Shown: positions 20,458 to 32,401 of the stretch, piece after piece
How the letters are laid out: every line of letters begins with the position of its first letter
Position numbering within the stretch: position 1 is the stretch's first letter
From: an uncultured Acidimicrobiales bacterium
GTDB taxonomy: Bacteria > Actinomycetota > Acidimicrobiia > Acidimicrobiales > DATKAS01
Direction of reading: 5' to 3'
DNA length: 64,000 nucleotides
Assembly: GCA_963802505.1 (NCBI GenBank)
Contig: CAWDJB010000002.1
Span: 235,815 to 299,814, forward strand
The notes under the pieces: model-generated
What the model saw: the letters and a program-made list of their open reading frames with translations, nothing else
Database searches by the model: none
What the model was told of the DNA's origin: nothing
Program-made: the position numbers and the translations under genes

Positions 20458-21300
20458 TCAAAGGGGGACGCACTGATCCACGTGCGTCCATGAGAGCTCG
20501 TGCCTCGCACCCTTGATCACGACGACGTCGGCGTGCGGGATCAGCCGGGCGCGGTCGGCCTGCACCTTCGAGGCGAAGGGCGCGCTCTTCTCCGCAACGA
20601 GCACAGCGGCCGGCGCCGAGATCGAGCGGAGCTCGTCGTCGGTGAGGGGCTCCGCCGCGGGGAGCCGGAACGAATGGTTCCGCTGCGCGTGCAGCGCCAT
20701 GCGCATCACGCGCGGGTCCTCGAGCATCGGACGGGTTCGTGCGAGCCGCTCCCGCAGCGGCCGTGGCGCCAGCGACCCGAGCAGCGTCGGCATCCCCCAC
20801 AGCATGAACCGGCCCAAGCGGAAGGGAGCGAGCCCGCCGCTGTCGATCAGGGTCAACGATGCGACCCGCCTCGGCGAGCGCGCCGCGAGGTTGAGCGCGA
20901 GGAACCCGCCGTAGGACGTGCCCGCGAGGTGGGCCTGATCGAGGCCGGCTCCGGCGAGGGTCGCGTCGAGCCATGTCGCGAGGCCGGCCGCGTCAGCGAT
21001 CACCTCTCGCTGCTCGCTGCGCCCGACGTCGCCGATCGTGTCGACGGCGTAGACGTCCCGGCCGGCGAGGCGTTCGACATAGGGCGACCACGAGAGGCCC
21101 GTCGCTCCCATCCCGTGGAGGAAGACGACGGCCTCGCCGTCGCCCGGCCACCGGTAGACGCGGGTGGTGCCGGCGAAGGACTCGAGGTCGAGCGCGATCG
21201 GGGCACGGGGCCAGTGCTCACGCCAGAGCTGATCCTCCATCTCGACGAATCGCCGCCGCGCCTCGTCGCTCCGCCACTTTCCGATCCCCGGAGCCTTCAT
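20458..21300 (-). CDS. Alpha/beta-fold hydrolase
   Basis: VVFLHGMGATG and nucleophile elbow GTSYGG. Divergent from a TetR gene. Confidence 0.8.
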   Translation of the reverse strand: MKAPGIGKWRSDEARRRFVEMEDQLWREHWPRAPIALDLESFAGTTRVYRWPGDGEAVVFLHGMGATGLSWSPYVERLAGRDVYAVDTIGDVGRSEQREVIADAAGLATWLDATLAGAGLDQAHLAGTSYGGFLALNLAARSPRRVASLTLIDSGGLAPFRLGRFMLWGMPTLLGSLAPRPLRERLARTRPMLEDPRVMRMALHAQRNHSFRLPAAEPLTDDELRSISAPAAVLVAEKSAPFASKVQADRARLIPHADVVVIKGARHELSWTHVDQCVPL

Positions 21301-21316
21301 GGTACATCTGTACCAT
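21299..21316. promoter_or_regulatory. Perfect 18-bp palindrome, candidate TetR operator
   Basis: ATGGTACA-TC-TGTACCAT has 8-bp arms. It lies in the 23-nt gap between the hydrolase start (ATG at 21300, inside the palindrome) and the tetR GTG at 21324. Confidence 0.5.
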
Positions 21317-21323
21317 AACCCGC

Positions 21324-21908
21324 GTGCCGAAGCGAGTAGATCACGAGCTCCGCAAGCGAGAGATCACCGACGCGGTCGTGCGGCTCACCGTGAAGGGCGG
21401 CCTCTCGTCGGCGACGTTCCGCGAGGTCGCTGCAGAAGCCGGCGTCTCGGTGCGACTCGTGCAGTACTACTTCGGCACGAAAAATCAGCTGCTGCTCGAG
21501 ACGCAGCGCCATGTCGCGGAGCGCTCGGTCGCGCGCATCCGCCGGCTGCTGGCAGAGTCACCGCGCACTCCGCGCGAGGTCTTGCGGACGGTCATGCGCT
21601 CCTTCATCCCCGTCGACGACGACAGCCGTGACGCGATGTTGATGTTCGTCGCGCTGTTCACGGCGTCGCTGCTCGACCCTGCGCTCAAGCGGAACGAGGC
21701 GGCCGCGGTGCCGACATCGATGCGTCACGCATTCAAGGAGCAGCTCGAGCGAGCAAAGCTCCGGGCTGGAGTCGATGCGGGCCAGGAGGCGCTCGTGCTC
21801 CTCGTCGTCGTGACGGGATTGTCGCAGGGAGTCCTCGACGGGCAGATCACCGCAGCCGAGGCGTTCACGACGATCGACTACGCCCTCGATCGCGCGATCA
21901 GAAATTGA
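21324..21908 (+). CDS. TetR/AcrR family transcriptional regulator
   Basis: From GTG 21324. HTH region REITDAVVRLTVKGGLSSATFREVAAEAGVSVRLVQYYFGTKNQLL. Confidence 0.85.
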   Translation: MPKRVDHELRKREITDAVVRLTVKGGLSSATFREVAAEAGVSVRLVQYYFGTKNQLLLETQRHVAERSVARIRRLLAESPRTPREVLRTVMRSFIPVDDDSRDAMLMFVALFTASLLDPALKRNEAAAVPTSMRHAFKEQLERAKLRAGVDAGQEALVLLVVVTGLSQGVLDGQITAAEAFTTIDYALDRAIRN

Positions 21909-21928
21909 TTGAAATGTATTGATAGGGG

Positions 21929-21957
21929 TTGACGAACGAACAGATGTTCGATAAGGT
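21929..21957 (+). promoter_or_regulatory. Sigma-70-like promoter giving a probably leaderless transcript for the HNH gene
   Basis: TTGACG (21929..21934), a 17-nt spacer, then TAAGGT (21952..21957). The GTG start at 21964 is 6 nt after the -10 element. The promoter sits in an unusually AT-rich 60-nt patch. Confidence 0.4.
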
Positions 21958-21963
21958 CATGAC

Positions 21964-23016
21964 GTGCTCGGAACCCTCGACGTCGACAACCTGGCTGCGC
22001 TCGACGACGAGGCCTTCGACATCCACGTCGATGCATACGTTGCGCTGAAGCGAGAGGTCGAGCGCGCCGGGCTTGCACTGCTGAGCGCGGCGTCCAAGCG
22101 CGGTGCGCACGTGCGTCACGGGTTTCGTGATGCGGCGGCGTGGTTTGCGTCACTCGGGGGTGATCGCCGCGGCGCTGTACATCGCGACGCTCGCCTCGCC
22201 GAGACGATGGCAGAGACGCCAGCGATCGGTGATGCGTTCGCCGCGGGCGCGATCTCCAAGGCGGCCGCGAGCGAGCTCGTCGACGGAGTCGAGCTGCCGG
22301 CCGCGGTGCTCGGCAACCTTGTCTCGCAAGCGCGGACGCTGCCGGTCGAGCAGCTCGCCCGTGCCGTGAAGCGGGCGAAGCTCGCTCACGGCAAGGGCAA
22401 GCCACCGAAGCCGTCCGAGACACGCATCTGCCGCGGCACCGACCGCGTACGCATCGAGGCCGATCTCGACGCAGAAGACGGCGAGGTGCTCGACGTCGCG
22501 ATCCACACGGCCATGGAGCGCTTGAAGCTTCCGAAGGACATGCCCATCGCACAGAGAAGGGCAGTCGCTCTCGTCTCGATCGGGCGGTACTTCCTCGAGC
22601 ACGTCGACGATCCTGCGATGACTCGAGTCGGCCGACCGCACGTGATCGTCGTCGCCGACGTCGAGACAATCGCCGGGGCCGAGCTCGGCACGGCTCGCTT
22701 TGCGTCCGGCACTCCGCTGCCGGCTCACGCCGCCCGGAGAATTGCCTGCGACGCAGGTGTGAGTCGCGTGATCATGCGAGGCAAGTCCGAAGTGCTCGAC
22801 GTGGGAAGAGCAACGAGAGAACCGACGGTGGCCATGGCGAAAGCAGTGATCGCGAGAGATCAGCACTGCACCGATCCCGACTGTCACGCGCCTCCATGGG
22901 CGTGCGAGATCCATCACGACCACCACTGGGGCCGAGGCGGTCACACGAACATCTCGAACCTGCGACTCGTGTGCTGGCACCACCACAAGCGCACGCACGC
23001 GAGGGCCGACGCATGA
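21964..23016 (+). CDS. DUF222-type HNH endonuclease domain protein
   Basis: 350 aa. The C-terminus DQHCTDPDCHAPPWACEIHHDHHWGRGGHTNISNLRLVCWHHHKRTH is an HNH/zinc-hook signature. The N-terminal ~250 aa resemble the actinobacterial 13E12/DUF222 repeat family. Confidence 0.8.
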   Translation: MLGTLDVDNLAALDDEAFDIHVDAYVALKREVERAGLALLSAASKRGAHVRHGFRDAAAWFASLGGDRRGAVHRDARLAETMAETPAIGDAFAAGAISKAAASELVDGVELPAAVLGNLVSQARTLPVEQLARAVKRAKLAHGKGKPPKPSETRICRGTDRVRIEADLDAEDGEVLDVAIHTAMERLKLPKDMPIAQRRAVALVSIGRYFLEHVDDPAMTRVGRPHVIVVADVETIAGAELGTARFASGTPLPAHAARRIACDAGVSRVIMRGKSEVLDVGRATREPTVAMAKAVIARDQHCTDPDCHAPPWACEIHHDHHWGRGGHTNISNLRLVCWHHHKRTHARADA

Positions 23017-23702
23017 TCAGCTGGCACGAGGGGTTCGCCGAGGACTACGACGAGTGGTCGGCGCGCATGACTGCCGACATCCCCTTCTACGTCGAGCTCG
23101 CGCGCGAGGCGAACGGGCCGCTGTTCGAGCTGGCGATCGGCAACGGGAGGGTCGCTATCCCGGTCGCGCTCGCCACCGGTCAGCGCGTCGCGGGCGTCGA
23201 CTCGTCCCCGGCCATGCTGGCGCAGGCGAGGGCGAATGCGACCGCGGCGGGCGTCGGTCTCGACCTGCACGAGGGCGACATGCGCGAGCTCGCGCTCGAC
23301 GAACCAGCGGCCTTGATCTACTGCCCGTTCCGCGCCCTCCTGCACCTGGAGACGTGGGCCGACCGCCGACAGGTGTTCGAGCGGGTTGCCGCCTCACTGA
23401 AGCCCGGTGGTCGGTTCGCGTGGAACGCGTTCGCGTTCGACCATCACTTCGCCGCCGACGCTGACGGCCGACCGCAGGACAAGCCACTCCCCCACACCGT
23501 GCGCTACGCGGTCGGCGACAACCGGATCGACATCGAGCACGACGACGGCGGAACGAGCCGGCTGTGGTGGGCGACGAAGAACGAGTGGCTCGGCCTGGTC
23601 GACGTCGCCGGCCTCGAGGTCGAGGCCCTCTACGGAGGCTTCGAGCGCGAGCCCTACACCGAAGCGAGCCGCGAATACGTCTTCGTCACGCGTCGCCCCT
23701 GA
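23013..23702 (+). CDS. Class I SAM-dependent methyltransferase
   Basis: From ATG 23013 (ATGA overlap with the HNH stop). SAM motif I is LFELAIGNGRVAIPVA and the post-I acidic residue is in GVDSSPAM. Confidence 0.8.
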   Translation: MISWHEGFAEDYDEWSARMTADIPFYVELAREANGPLFELAIGNGRVAIPVALATGQRVAGVDSSPAMLAQARANATAAGVGLDLHEGDMRELALDEPAALIYCPFRALLHLETWADRRQVFERVAASLKPGGRFAWNAFAFDHHFAADADGRPQDKPLPHTVRYAVGDNRIDIEHDDGGTSRLWWATKNEWLGLVDVAGLEVEALYGGFEREPYTEASREYVFVTRRP

Positions 23703-24348
23703 GGCCGCGCTCGATGCGCGCCGCGGCCTCGACGACGGCGGCGGCGTACTTCTTTCCCGGTTGGCGAGTCGTGCGCTCGATGGGCCCACTCACGCTGACC
23801 GCGGCGATCACGCTTCCGTCGTGGGCGCGCACCGGCGCGCTCACCGAGGCGACCCCGGCCTCGCGCTCGGCGACGCTCTCGGTCCACCCCCGCTTGAGCG
23901 CATCGGGGTCGCCGCGCAAGATGCGGCCCGCCGAGCCGGCGTCGAGCGGCAGTGCCGCACCGAGCGGCACGATCGTGCGCAGGCCGTGGGGCGACTCGAG
24001 CGCCTCGACGCACACGCGACGATCGCCGTCGCGCACGTACAGCTGCGCGCTCTCGCCGGTCGCGTCACGGAGCGCTTCGAGCGCGGGCCGAGCGACCTCG
24101 GGGAGCCCCAGCCCATGGGCGGCGGCGCGACCGAGTGCGACCAGTCCGAGCCCGAGTGCGAAGCGCCCGTCTGCGTCGCGGCGGACGAGGCCATGCGCCT
24201 CGAGCGCCGTGGCAAGGCGGTACGTCGTCGCCCGCGGCAATCCTGTGACGGCCATGAGCTCGGCGAGCGAGCGGGGTTGCTGCTCGAGCGCGCCGAGCAC
24301 GGTCATCGCCTTGTCGAGCACCCCGACGCCGCTTATGCTGCTGTTCAC
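23686..24348 (-). CDS. IclR-family transcriptional regulator divergent from leuCD (LtbR-like position)
   Basis: IclR wHTH (SLAELMAVTGLPRATTYRLATALEAHGLV) plus an effector domain. I start at GTG 24348, because the ORF-track start at 24387 would overlap the leuC start. Confidence 0.85.
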   Translation of the reverse strand: MNSSISGVGVLDKAMTVLGALEQQPRSLAELMAVTGLPRATTYRLATALEAHGLVRRDADGRFALGLGLVALGRAAAHGLGLPEVARPALEALRDATGESAQLYVRDGDRRVCVEALESPHGLRTIVPLGAALPLDAGSAGRILRGDPDALKRGWTESVAEREAGVASVSAPVRAHDGSVIAAVSVSGPIERTTRQPGKKYAAAVVEAAARIERGLRGDA

Positions 24349-24379
24349 AAGCCGAGATTCTAATACCAGGATGTGAGAC

Positions 24380-25777
24380 ATGCCCACAACGCTGGCCGAG
24401 AAGGTGTGGGATCGTCACCTCGTGCACTCGGCCCCCGACGAGCCCGACCTTCTCTACATCGACCTCCATCTCGTGCACGAGGTGACGTCGCCCCAGGCGT
24501 TCGACGGCCTGCGCATGAACGGTCGCACGGTGCGCCGGCCCGACCTCACGATCGCGACCGAGGATCACAACGTCCCGACCGAGCACATCGACCAACCGAT
24601 CGCGGACCCGATCTCGCGCACCCAGATCGAGACGCTGCGCCGCAACTGCGCCGAGTTCGGCATCCGCCACTTCGCGATGGGCCAGCTCGGCCAGGGGATC
24701 GTGCACGTGATCGGTCCCGAGCAAGGGCTGACGCAGCCCGGCATGACCGTCGTGTGCGGCGACAGCCACACGAGCACGCACGGCGCGTTCGGAGCGCTCG
24801 CGTTCGGCATCGGCACGAGCGAGGTCGAGCACGTCCTCGCGACGCAGACGTTGCCGCAGACTCGACCGAAGTGGATGGCGATCACCGTTGACGGCGAGCT
24901 GCCCGCGGGGTCGACCGCGAAGGATGTGATCCTCGGTGTGATCGGGCGGATCGGCACGGGCGGCGGCATCGGTCACGTCATGGAGTACCGGGGCTCGGTG
25001 TTCCGGCAGCTGTCGATGGAAGGCCGGATGACGGTCTGCAACATGTCGATCGAGGCCGGCGCGCGCGCCGGGCTCATCGCACCTGACGACACCACGTTCG
25101 CCTACCTCGAGGGGCGCCAGCACGCACCCAAAGGCAAGGCGTGGGAGCAAGCAATCGACGACTGGCGCACGCTCGTCACCGACGACGGTGCGAGGTTCGA
25201 TGCCGAGGTCACCGTCGACGCGGCGACCCTCGTCCCCCACGTCACATGGGGAACGAACCCCGCGCAGGTGATCGGCATCGACGGTTCGGTGCCCGATCCA
25301 TCGACCTTCGCGAGCGCGAACGATCGCGAGAGCGCCGAGCGCGCCCTCGCCTACATGGGCCTCGAAGCGGGCACGCCGCTGCGAGCAATCCCCGTCGACA
25401 CCGTCTTCATCGGTTCGTGCACGAACAGTCGCATCGAGGACCTGCGCGCCGCAGCGGCAGTCGTCGACGGCAAGCACGTGACGGTGAAGCGGGCGATGGT
25501 GGTCCCGGGCTCCGTCGCAGTGAAGCTGCAGGCCGAGAAGGAAGGCCTCGACAAGGTCTTCCGTGCTGCGGGGTTCGACTGGCGCGAGGCGGGCTGTTCG
25601 ATGTGCCTCGCGATGAACCCCGACAAGCTCGCCCCGCAGGAGCGCTGCGCGTCGACCTCGAACCGCAACTTCGAGGGACGCCAGGGACGCGGCGGCCGCA
25701 CTCACCTCGTCTCCCCCGCCGTTGCGGCCGCCACCGCCGTTGCCGGCACGTTCGCCACTCCGGAGGACCTGCGGTGA
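24380..25777 (+). CDS. leuC: 3-isopropylmalate dehydratase large subunit
   Basis: 465 aa with aconitase-family motifs ([49 protein letters not shown]). Confidence 0.95.
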   Translation: MPTTLAEKVWDRHLVHSAPDEPDLLYIDLHLVHEVTSPQAFDGLRMNGRTVRRPDLTIATEDHNVPTEHIDQPIADPISRTQIETLRRNCAEFGIRHFAMGQLGQGIVHVIGPEQGLTQPGMTVVCGDSHTSTHGAFGALAFGIGTSEVEHVLATQTLPQTRPKWMAITVDGELPAGSTAKDVILGVIGRIGTGGGIGHVMEYRGSVFRQLSMEGRMTVCNMSIEAGARAGLIAPDDTTFAYLEGRQHAPKGKAWEQAIDDWRTLVTDDGARFDAEVTVDAATLVPHVTWGTNPAQVIGIDGSVPDPSTFASANDRESAERALAYMGLEAGTPLRAIPVDTVFIGSCTNSRIEDLRAAAAVVDGKHVTVKRAMVVPGSVAVKLQAEKEGLDKVFRAAGFDWREAGCSMCLAMNPDKLAPQERCASTSNRNFEGRQGRGGRTHLVSPAVAAATAVAGTFATPEDLR

Positions 25778-26364
25778 AGGCCGTGCGAGCGATCACGGGC
25801 ACCGCGGTGCCGCTCGACCGCAGCGACGTCGACACCGACCAGATCATCCCGAGCGACTGGCTGAAGAAGGTGGAACGCACGGGGTTCGGCAAGGGCCTCT
25901 TCTCCGAGTGGCGCGACGACCGTTCGTTCGTGTTGAACGACGAGCGGTTCGCGGGCTCGTCGATCCTCGTTGCGGGGCCGAACTTCGGCACGGGCTCGTC
26001 GAGAGAGCACGCGGTGTGGGCGATCATGGACTACGGGTTCGAGGCTGTGATCTCGCCCCGCTTCGCCGACATCTTCCGCAACAACTGCACCAAGAACGGG
26101 CTGGTGCCGGTGCAGGTGCCGAGCGAGTTCGGCGAGGCGCTGCTCGCCGCGGTCGAGGCGGACCCGGGCCTGAGCGTGACCGTCGACGTCGAGCGGCTCA
26201 CGGTGTCGGCGCCGGCCGTCGGGCTCGAGACGTCGTTCCCGCTCGATCCGGCGACCCAGCAACGGTTCCTCGAGGGCCTCGATGACATCGCCATCACGCT
26301 GCGCTACGCGGACGACATCACGTCATTCGAGGCGAACCGTCCCGAGTGGCTGCCCACCGCGTGA
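25774..26364 (+). CDS. leuD: 3-isopropylmalate dehydratase small subunit
   Basis: From GTG 25774 (GTGA overlap with the leuC stop). Motifs DVDTDQIIP and [16 protein letters not shown] are present. Confidence 0.95.
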   Translation: MKAVRAITGTAVPLDRSDVDTDQIIPSDWLKKVERTGFGKGLFSEWRDDRSFVLNDERFAGSSILVAGPNFGTGSSREHAVWAIMDYGFEAVISPRFADIFRNNCTKNGLVPVQVPSEFGEALLAAVEADPGLSVTVDVERLTVSAPAVGLETSFPLDPATQQRFLEGLDDIAITLRYADDITSFEANRPEWLPTA

Positions 26365-26368
26365 CGTC

Positions 26369-28548
<2,180 letters not shown>

Positions 28549-28566
28549 CATCAAGGGAGCCCGTTC

Positions 28567-28758
28567 ATGAAGGTGACCATCGACTACGACGTGTGCGCGA
28601 GCACGGGGGCGTGCATGCAGACATGCCCCGAGGTGTTCGAGGTGCGCAGCGACGGGTTCCTCTATCTCTTGACCGACGAGCCGCCCGAGGAGCTGCGCTC
28701 CAAGGTCGAAACCGCCGCCGACATGTGCCCGACCGCGGCAATCACCGTCGAAGGCTGA
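28567..28758 (+). CDS. Small single-cluster ferredoxin
   Basis: 63 aa. C..G.C...CP ... CP pattern (DVCASTGACMQTCPEVF ... AADMCPTAAI), typical of actinobacterial 3Fe-4S/4Fe-4S ferredoxins. Confidence 0.8.
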   Translation: MKVTIDYDVCASTGACMQTCPEVFEVRSDGFLYLLTDEPPEELRSKVETAADMCPTAAITVEG

Positions 28759-28767
28759 CGACCGCGG

Positions 28768-30330
28768 CTAGCCGCTGAGCGAGTGCACCGACAAGATGCC
28801 CGGAGCACCGCGCAGCGCGTCGATCACGTTCACCGGCACCGCATCAGGAGTGGCGATCAGCATCAGCGCTGTGCCGTGGGGTGACTGACCGACATCCATG
28901 TCGGCGATGTTCACGCCCGCTTCGCCGAGCACGGTGCCGACGAGGCCGATCATGCCCGGGCGGTCGTCGTTGCGGACGATCAGCATGTGACGAGCGGGCG
29001 GCACGTACACCTTGTGGTCGTCGATCATCACCAGGCGCGGCTCACCGCGAAGCCCCACGAGGGTTCCGGCGATCGAGTGCTGCTCGCTGCGCACGGTGAT
29101 GAGGTTCACGTAGTCCGTCGTAAGCGGCGTCGAGACCTCACGCACCTCGACCCCGCGGTCCTTCGCGATCTGCGGCGCGTTCACGAACGTCACCGGTTCG
29201 TCGAGCGCGCGTGAGAAGAGCCCCTTGAGCGCGGAGAGCGTGAGGATGCGGGTGTCGTAGTCCGCGAGCGCGCCCTGGTACTCGACGTCGAGGGCGTTGG
29301 GCGCGCCTTCGTTGAGCTCGGCGAAGAGCTGACCGAGGCGCTCGACGAGCGGCAGGTACGGCCGCACCGACTCTGACGCCTCCGCTGCACTCACGTTGAC
29401 GGCGAAGGGAACGAACTCGCCCGCGAGCGCCAGCATCACCTGCTCGGCGATCGTGTCGCCGGCCTTGTCCTGGGCCTCGCGGGTGCTGGCGCCGAGGTGC
29501 GGCGTGACGACGACGCTGTCGAGGTCGAAGAGCGGCGACTTGGTGGTCGGCTCCTCGGCGAAGACATCGAGCGCGGCGCCGGCGACGATCCCCTCGGTGA
29601 TCGCCCAGGCGAGCGCCTCTTCGTCGACGATTCCGCCGCGAGCCGTGTTGACGATGCGCACGCCGCGCTTGGCCAATCCGAGCATCTCGCGATCGAGAAG
29701 CCCGACGGTCTCGGCGGTCTTCGGCAGGTGGATGGTGACGAAGTCGGACTCGGCCATGAGCTTCGGCAGCGGCACGAGGTCGACGCTCATCTGCCGGCCG
29801 CGGTCGGGCGAGACGAAGGGGTCATACGCGAGCAGGCGCATTCCGAACGCGAGCGCCCTCTGCGCCACGAGCTTCCCGACCCGCCCGAGGCCGACGACGC
29901 CGAGCACCTTGTCGTTCAGCTCGACGCCTTCCCACCGGGTGCGCTCCCACCGACCATCCTTCAACGCGGCGTGCGCTTGCGGGATGTTGCGGGCCTGCGC
30001 GAGCAACAGCGCCAGCGTGTGCTCGGCAGCGGACAGCACGTTCGACTGCGGGGCGTTCACGACCATCACACCGCGACGAGTCGCGGCCTCGACGTCGACG
30101 TTGTCGAGGCCGATGCCCGCACGTCCGACGACGACGAGGTCACTCGCAGCCTGCAGCACGTCGGACGTCACCTTGGTCGCCGACCGGATGATGAGCGCAT
30201 GGGCACCGACGATCACATCGAGCAGCTCGGCGGGTGAGAGCCCGAGCTGGACGTCGACGGTGTGGCCCTTGTCGCGCAACAGCTGCAGGCCGCCGTCGGC
30301 GATCTCTTCGGTGACGAGGACACGAGCCAC
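28768..30330 (-). CDS. serA: D-3-phosphoglycerate dehydrogenase (long form with ASB/ACT domains)
   Basis: From GTG 30330 (VARVLVTEEIADGG). NAD motif GVVGLGRVGKLVA and catalytic RG...DE...H context are present, with a C-terminal ACT-like region. The 200-aa upstream extension in the ORF track is a shadow of the divergent gene. Confidence 0.9.
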   Translation of the reverse strand: MARVLVTEEIADGGLQLLRDKGHTVDVQLGLSPAELLDVIVGAHALIIRSATKVTSDVLQAASDLVVVGRAGIGLDNVDVEAATRRGVMVVNAPQSNVLSAAEHTLALLLAQARNIPQAHAALKDGRWERTRWEGVELNDKVLGVVGLGRVGKLVAQRALAFGMRLLAYDPFVSPDRGRQMSVDLVPLPKLMAESDFVTIHLPKTAETVGLLDREMLGLAKRGVRIVNTARGGIVDEEALAWAITEGIVAGAALDVFAEEPTTKSPLFDLDSVVVTPHLGASTREAQDKAGDTIAEQVMLALAGEFVPFAVNVSAAEASESVRPYLPLVERLGQLFAELNEGAPNALDVEYQGALADYDTRILTLSALKGLFSRALDEPVTFVNAPQIAKDRGVEVREVSTPLTTDYVNLITVRSEQHSIAGTLVGLRGEPRLVMIDDHKVYVPPARHMLIVRNDDRPGMIGLVGTVLGEAGVNIADMDVGQSPHGTALMLIATPDAVPVNVIDALRGAPGILSVHSLSG

Positions 30331-30387
30331 GGCTTGCCATCCTTGTCGAGGCGGTCGCGTGGAGGCCAACCGGTAACTTCGCTGCTG

Positions 30388-31221
30388 ATGAGGGTTGTCG
30401 TCGTGGGCGCTGGCATCAGCGGCTTGCTCTGTGCGCATCGGCTCCACGACGCGGGTGTCGACGTCGAGGTCCTCGAGCGGGCGCCCATCCCGGGCGGCCG
30501 CCTCGCGACCGAACGGTTCGGCGGGGCGGTGTTCGACACCGGCGCGCAGTTCTTCACCGTCCGGACCCCGGAGTTTCAGTCGTATGTGGACGCGTGGATC
30601 GCCGACGGCATCGTGCGGGAGTGGTGCCGGGGCTTCGGTCCCGAGCCCGATGGCTTCCCGCGCTACATCGGCGTCGAAGGGATGGCGACGATCGCGGCGG
30701 CGCTCGTGCCGGGACTCGACGTTCACTTCGGGGTCGAGGTGGCCGACGTCGGTGCGCTCGACGCCGATGCGGTGGTCGTGACCGCGCCGAGCGACGACTA
30801 CGACGAGATGATCGCGATCCTGTGCGTGCTCGACCGGCCGTCGCTCGTGCCCGAGCCCGGTGGTGTGCCGCTCACCGACGATCCGATCCTCAGCTTCGTG
30901 GCTGACAACCACACGAAGGGCATCTCGCCGGTGCCCGCGCTCACGCTGCATGCACGACCGGGGTGCGACGCGACCATCGACGACGCTGCTCGGTTCATCG
31001 GGGACGCGACGATCGTGGACTCACGCGTGCTGCGTTGGCGCCACGGGCGGGCCCACACCATCACCGGCCCTGGATGCGTCGTCACCGACGCTCCGAGGCT
31101 GACGATCCTCGCCGGTGATCAGTATGGGGGGACGCCGAGCCGCGTCGAGGGCGCGGCCCTGTCAGGGCTCGCCGCCGCCGACGAGGTGCTCACTCGGTCA
31201 GGAGCTTCGCGATCCGGGTGA
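30388..31221 (+). CDS. FAD/NAD(P)-binding oxidoreductase (amine-oxidase/renalase-like)
   Basis: From ATG 30388. Dinucleotide fold [25 protein letters not shown], then GGR.... Confidence 0.7.
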   Translation: MRVVVVGAGISGLLCAHRLHDAGVDVEVLERAPIPGGRLATERFGGAVFDTGAQFFTVRTPEFQSYVDAWIADGIVREWCRGFGPEPDGFPRYIGVEGMATIAAALVPGLDVHFGVEVADVGALDADAVVVTAPSDDYDEMIAILCVLDRPSLVPEPGGVPLTDDPILSFVADNHTKGISPVPALTLHARPGCDATIDDAARFIGDATIVDSRVLRWRHGRAHTITGPGCVVTDAPRLTILAGDQYGGTPSRVEGAALSGLAAADEVLTRSGASRSG

Positions 31222-32392
31222 TGCCCTCGACGATGTCGTCGTCGCCCAGCGCGAACGACAAGCGCGCGTAGCCCGGTGCTCCGAACGCCTCGCCCGGGAC
31301 GATCGCGACCTTGACCTCGTCGAGCAGCAGCTCGCTGAGCTCTGCCGTCGAGTCGGGCGTGCGTCCACGGATCGTGCGGCCGAGCACTCCCTCGAACGAC
31401 GGGAAGCCGTAGAACGCCCCTTGGGGCTCGATCGCCGTGACACCCGGGATCGCGTTGAGCATCTCGTACATCGTGCGGCCGCGGCGATCGAACGCGGCTC
31501 GCATCATCGCGACCGCGCTGAGGTCACCGTTCAGCGCGGCCACCGCGGCGCGCTGCGAGACGTCGGCGACGTTCGACGTGCTGTGGCTCTGCAGGTTGGT
31601 CGCGGCCTTCACGACGTCGTTGGGGCCGATCATCCAGCCGACCCGCCAGCCGGTCATCGCGTAGGTCTTGGCGACGCCGTTCACGACGACCCACCGATCG
31701 GCGAGCTCGGGGACGAGCACCGGCATCGACGAGAACACGTGGTCGCCGTAGGTGAGGTGCTCGTAGATCTCGTCGGTGACGACCCAGATGCCCTTCGCGG
31801 CAGCCCAGCGCCCGATCGCCTCGACCTCGGCGGGCGGGTACACCGCGCCACTGGGGTTCGACGGCGACACGAACACGAGCGCCTTGGTGCGAGGCGTGAG
31901 CGCGGCATCGAGCTGATCGATCGTGACCCGGAAGCCGGCCGCCACCGTCGTCGGCACCGCGACGGGCACGCCACCGCCGAGGGTGATCGACTCGGGATAG
32001 GTCGTCCAGTATGGCGCCGGAAGCAGCACCTCGTCGCCAGGGTCGAGCAACGTCGCGAACGTGTTGTAGAGGGCCTGCTTGCCGCCGTTGGTGACGAGCA
32101 CCTGCGACTCGGTGCACTCGAGGCCCGAATCGCGCTTGGACTTCGCGACGATCGCTGCCCGCAGCTCGGGCAGTCCTCCCGTCGGCGTGTAGCGGTGGTT
32201 CGCGGGATCCTGGCAGGCAGCGGCGGCCACCTCGACGATGGCGTCGGGCGTCGGGAAGTCGGGCTCGCCCGCGCCGAAGCCGATGACGTCCTCACCTGCG
32301 GCTTTGAGGGCTTTTGCCTTGGCGTCGACTGCCAACGTGGCCGATTCTGCGATTGCGGCAATGCGTCGTGAGATGCGCTCCACGGCTGCCAT
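31190..32392 (-). CDS. Aspartate/pyridoxal-phosphate aminotransferase class I
   Basis: From ATG 32392 ([49 protein letters not shown]). Motifs SPSNPSG and the PLP-Lys context [15 protein letters not shown] are present. Confidence 0.9.
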   Translation of the reverse strand: MAAVERISRRIAAIAESATLAVDAKAKALKAAGEDVIGFGAGEPDFPTPDAIVEVAAAACQDPANHRYTPTGGLPELRAAIVAKSKRDSGLECTESQVLVTNGGKQALYNTFATLLDPGDEVLLPAPYWTTYPESITLGGGVPVAVPTTVAAGFRVTIDQLDAALTPRTKALVFVSPSNPSGAVYPPAEVEAIGRWAAAKGIWVVTDEIYEHLTYGDHVFSSMPVLVPELADRWVVVNGVAKTYAMTGWRVGWMIGPNDVVKAATNLQSHSTSNVADVSQRAAVAALNGDLSAVAMMRAAFDRRGRTMYEMLNAIPGVTAIEPQGAFYGFPSFEGVLGRTIRGRTPDSTAELSELLLDEVKVAIVPGEAFGAPGYARLSFALGDDDIVEGITRIAKLLTE

Positions 32393-32401
32393 GCTGACAC
32401 A

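Noticed and set aside
21964-23016. The DUF222-HNH gene as a bona fide insertion sequence or transposon.
   Set aside because: There is no transposase or recombinase domain. I could see no terminal inverted repeats or target-site duplication around it. Only the AT-rich promoter patch is unusual.
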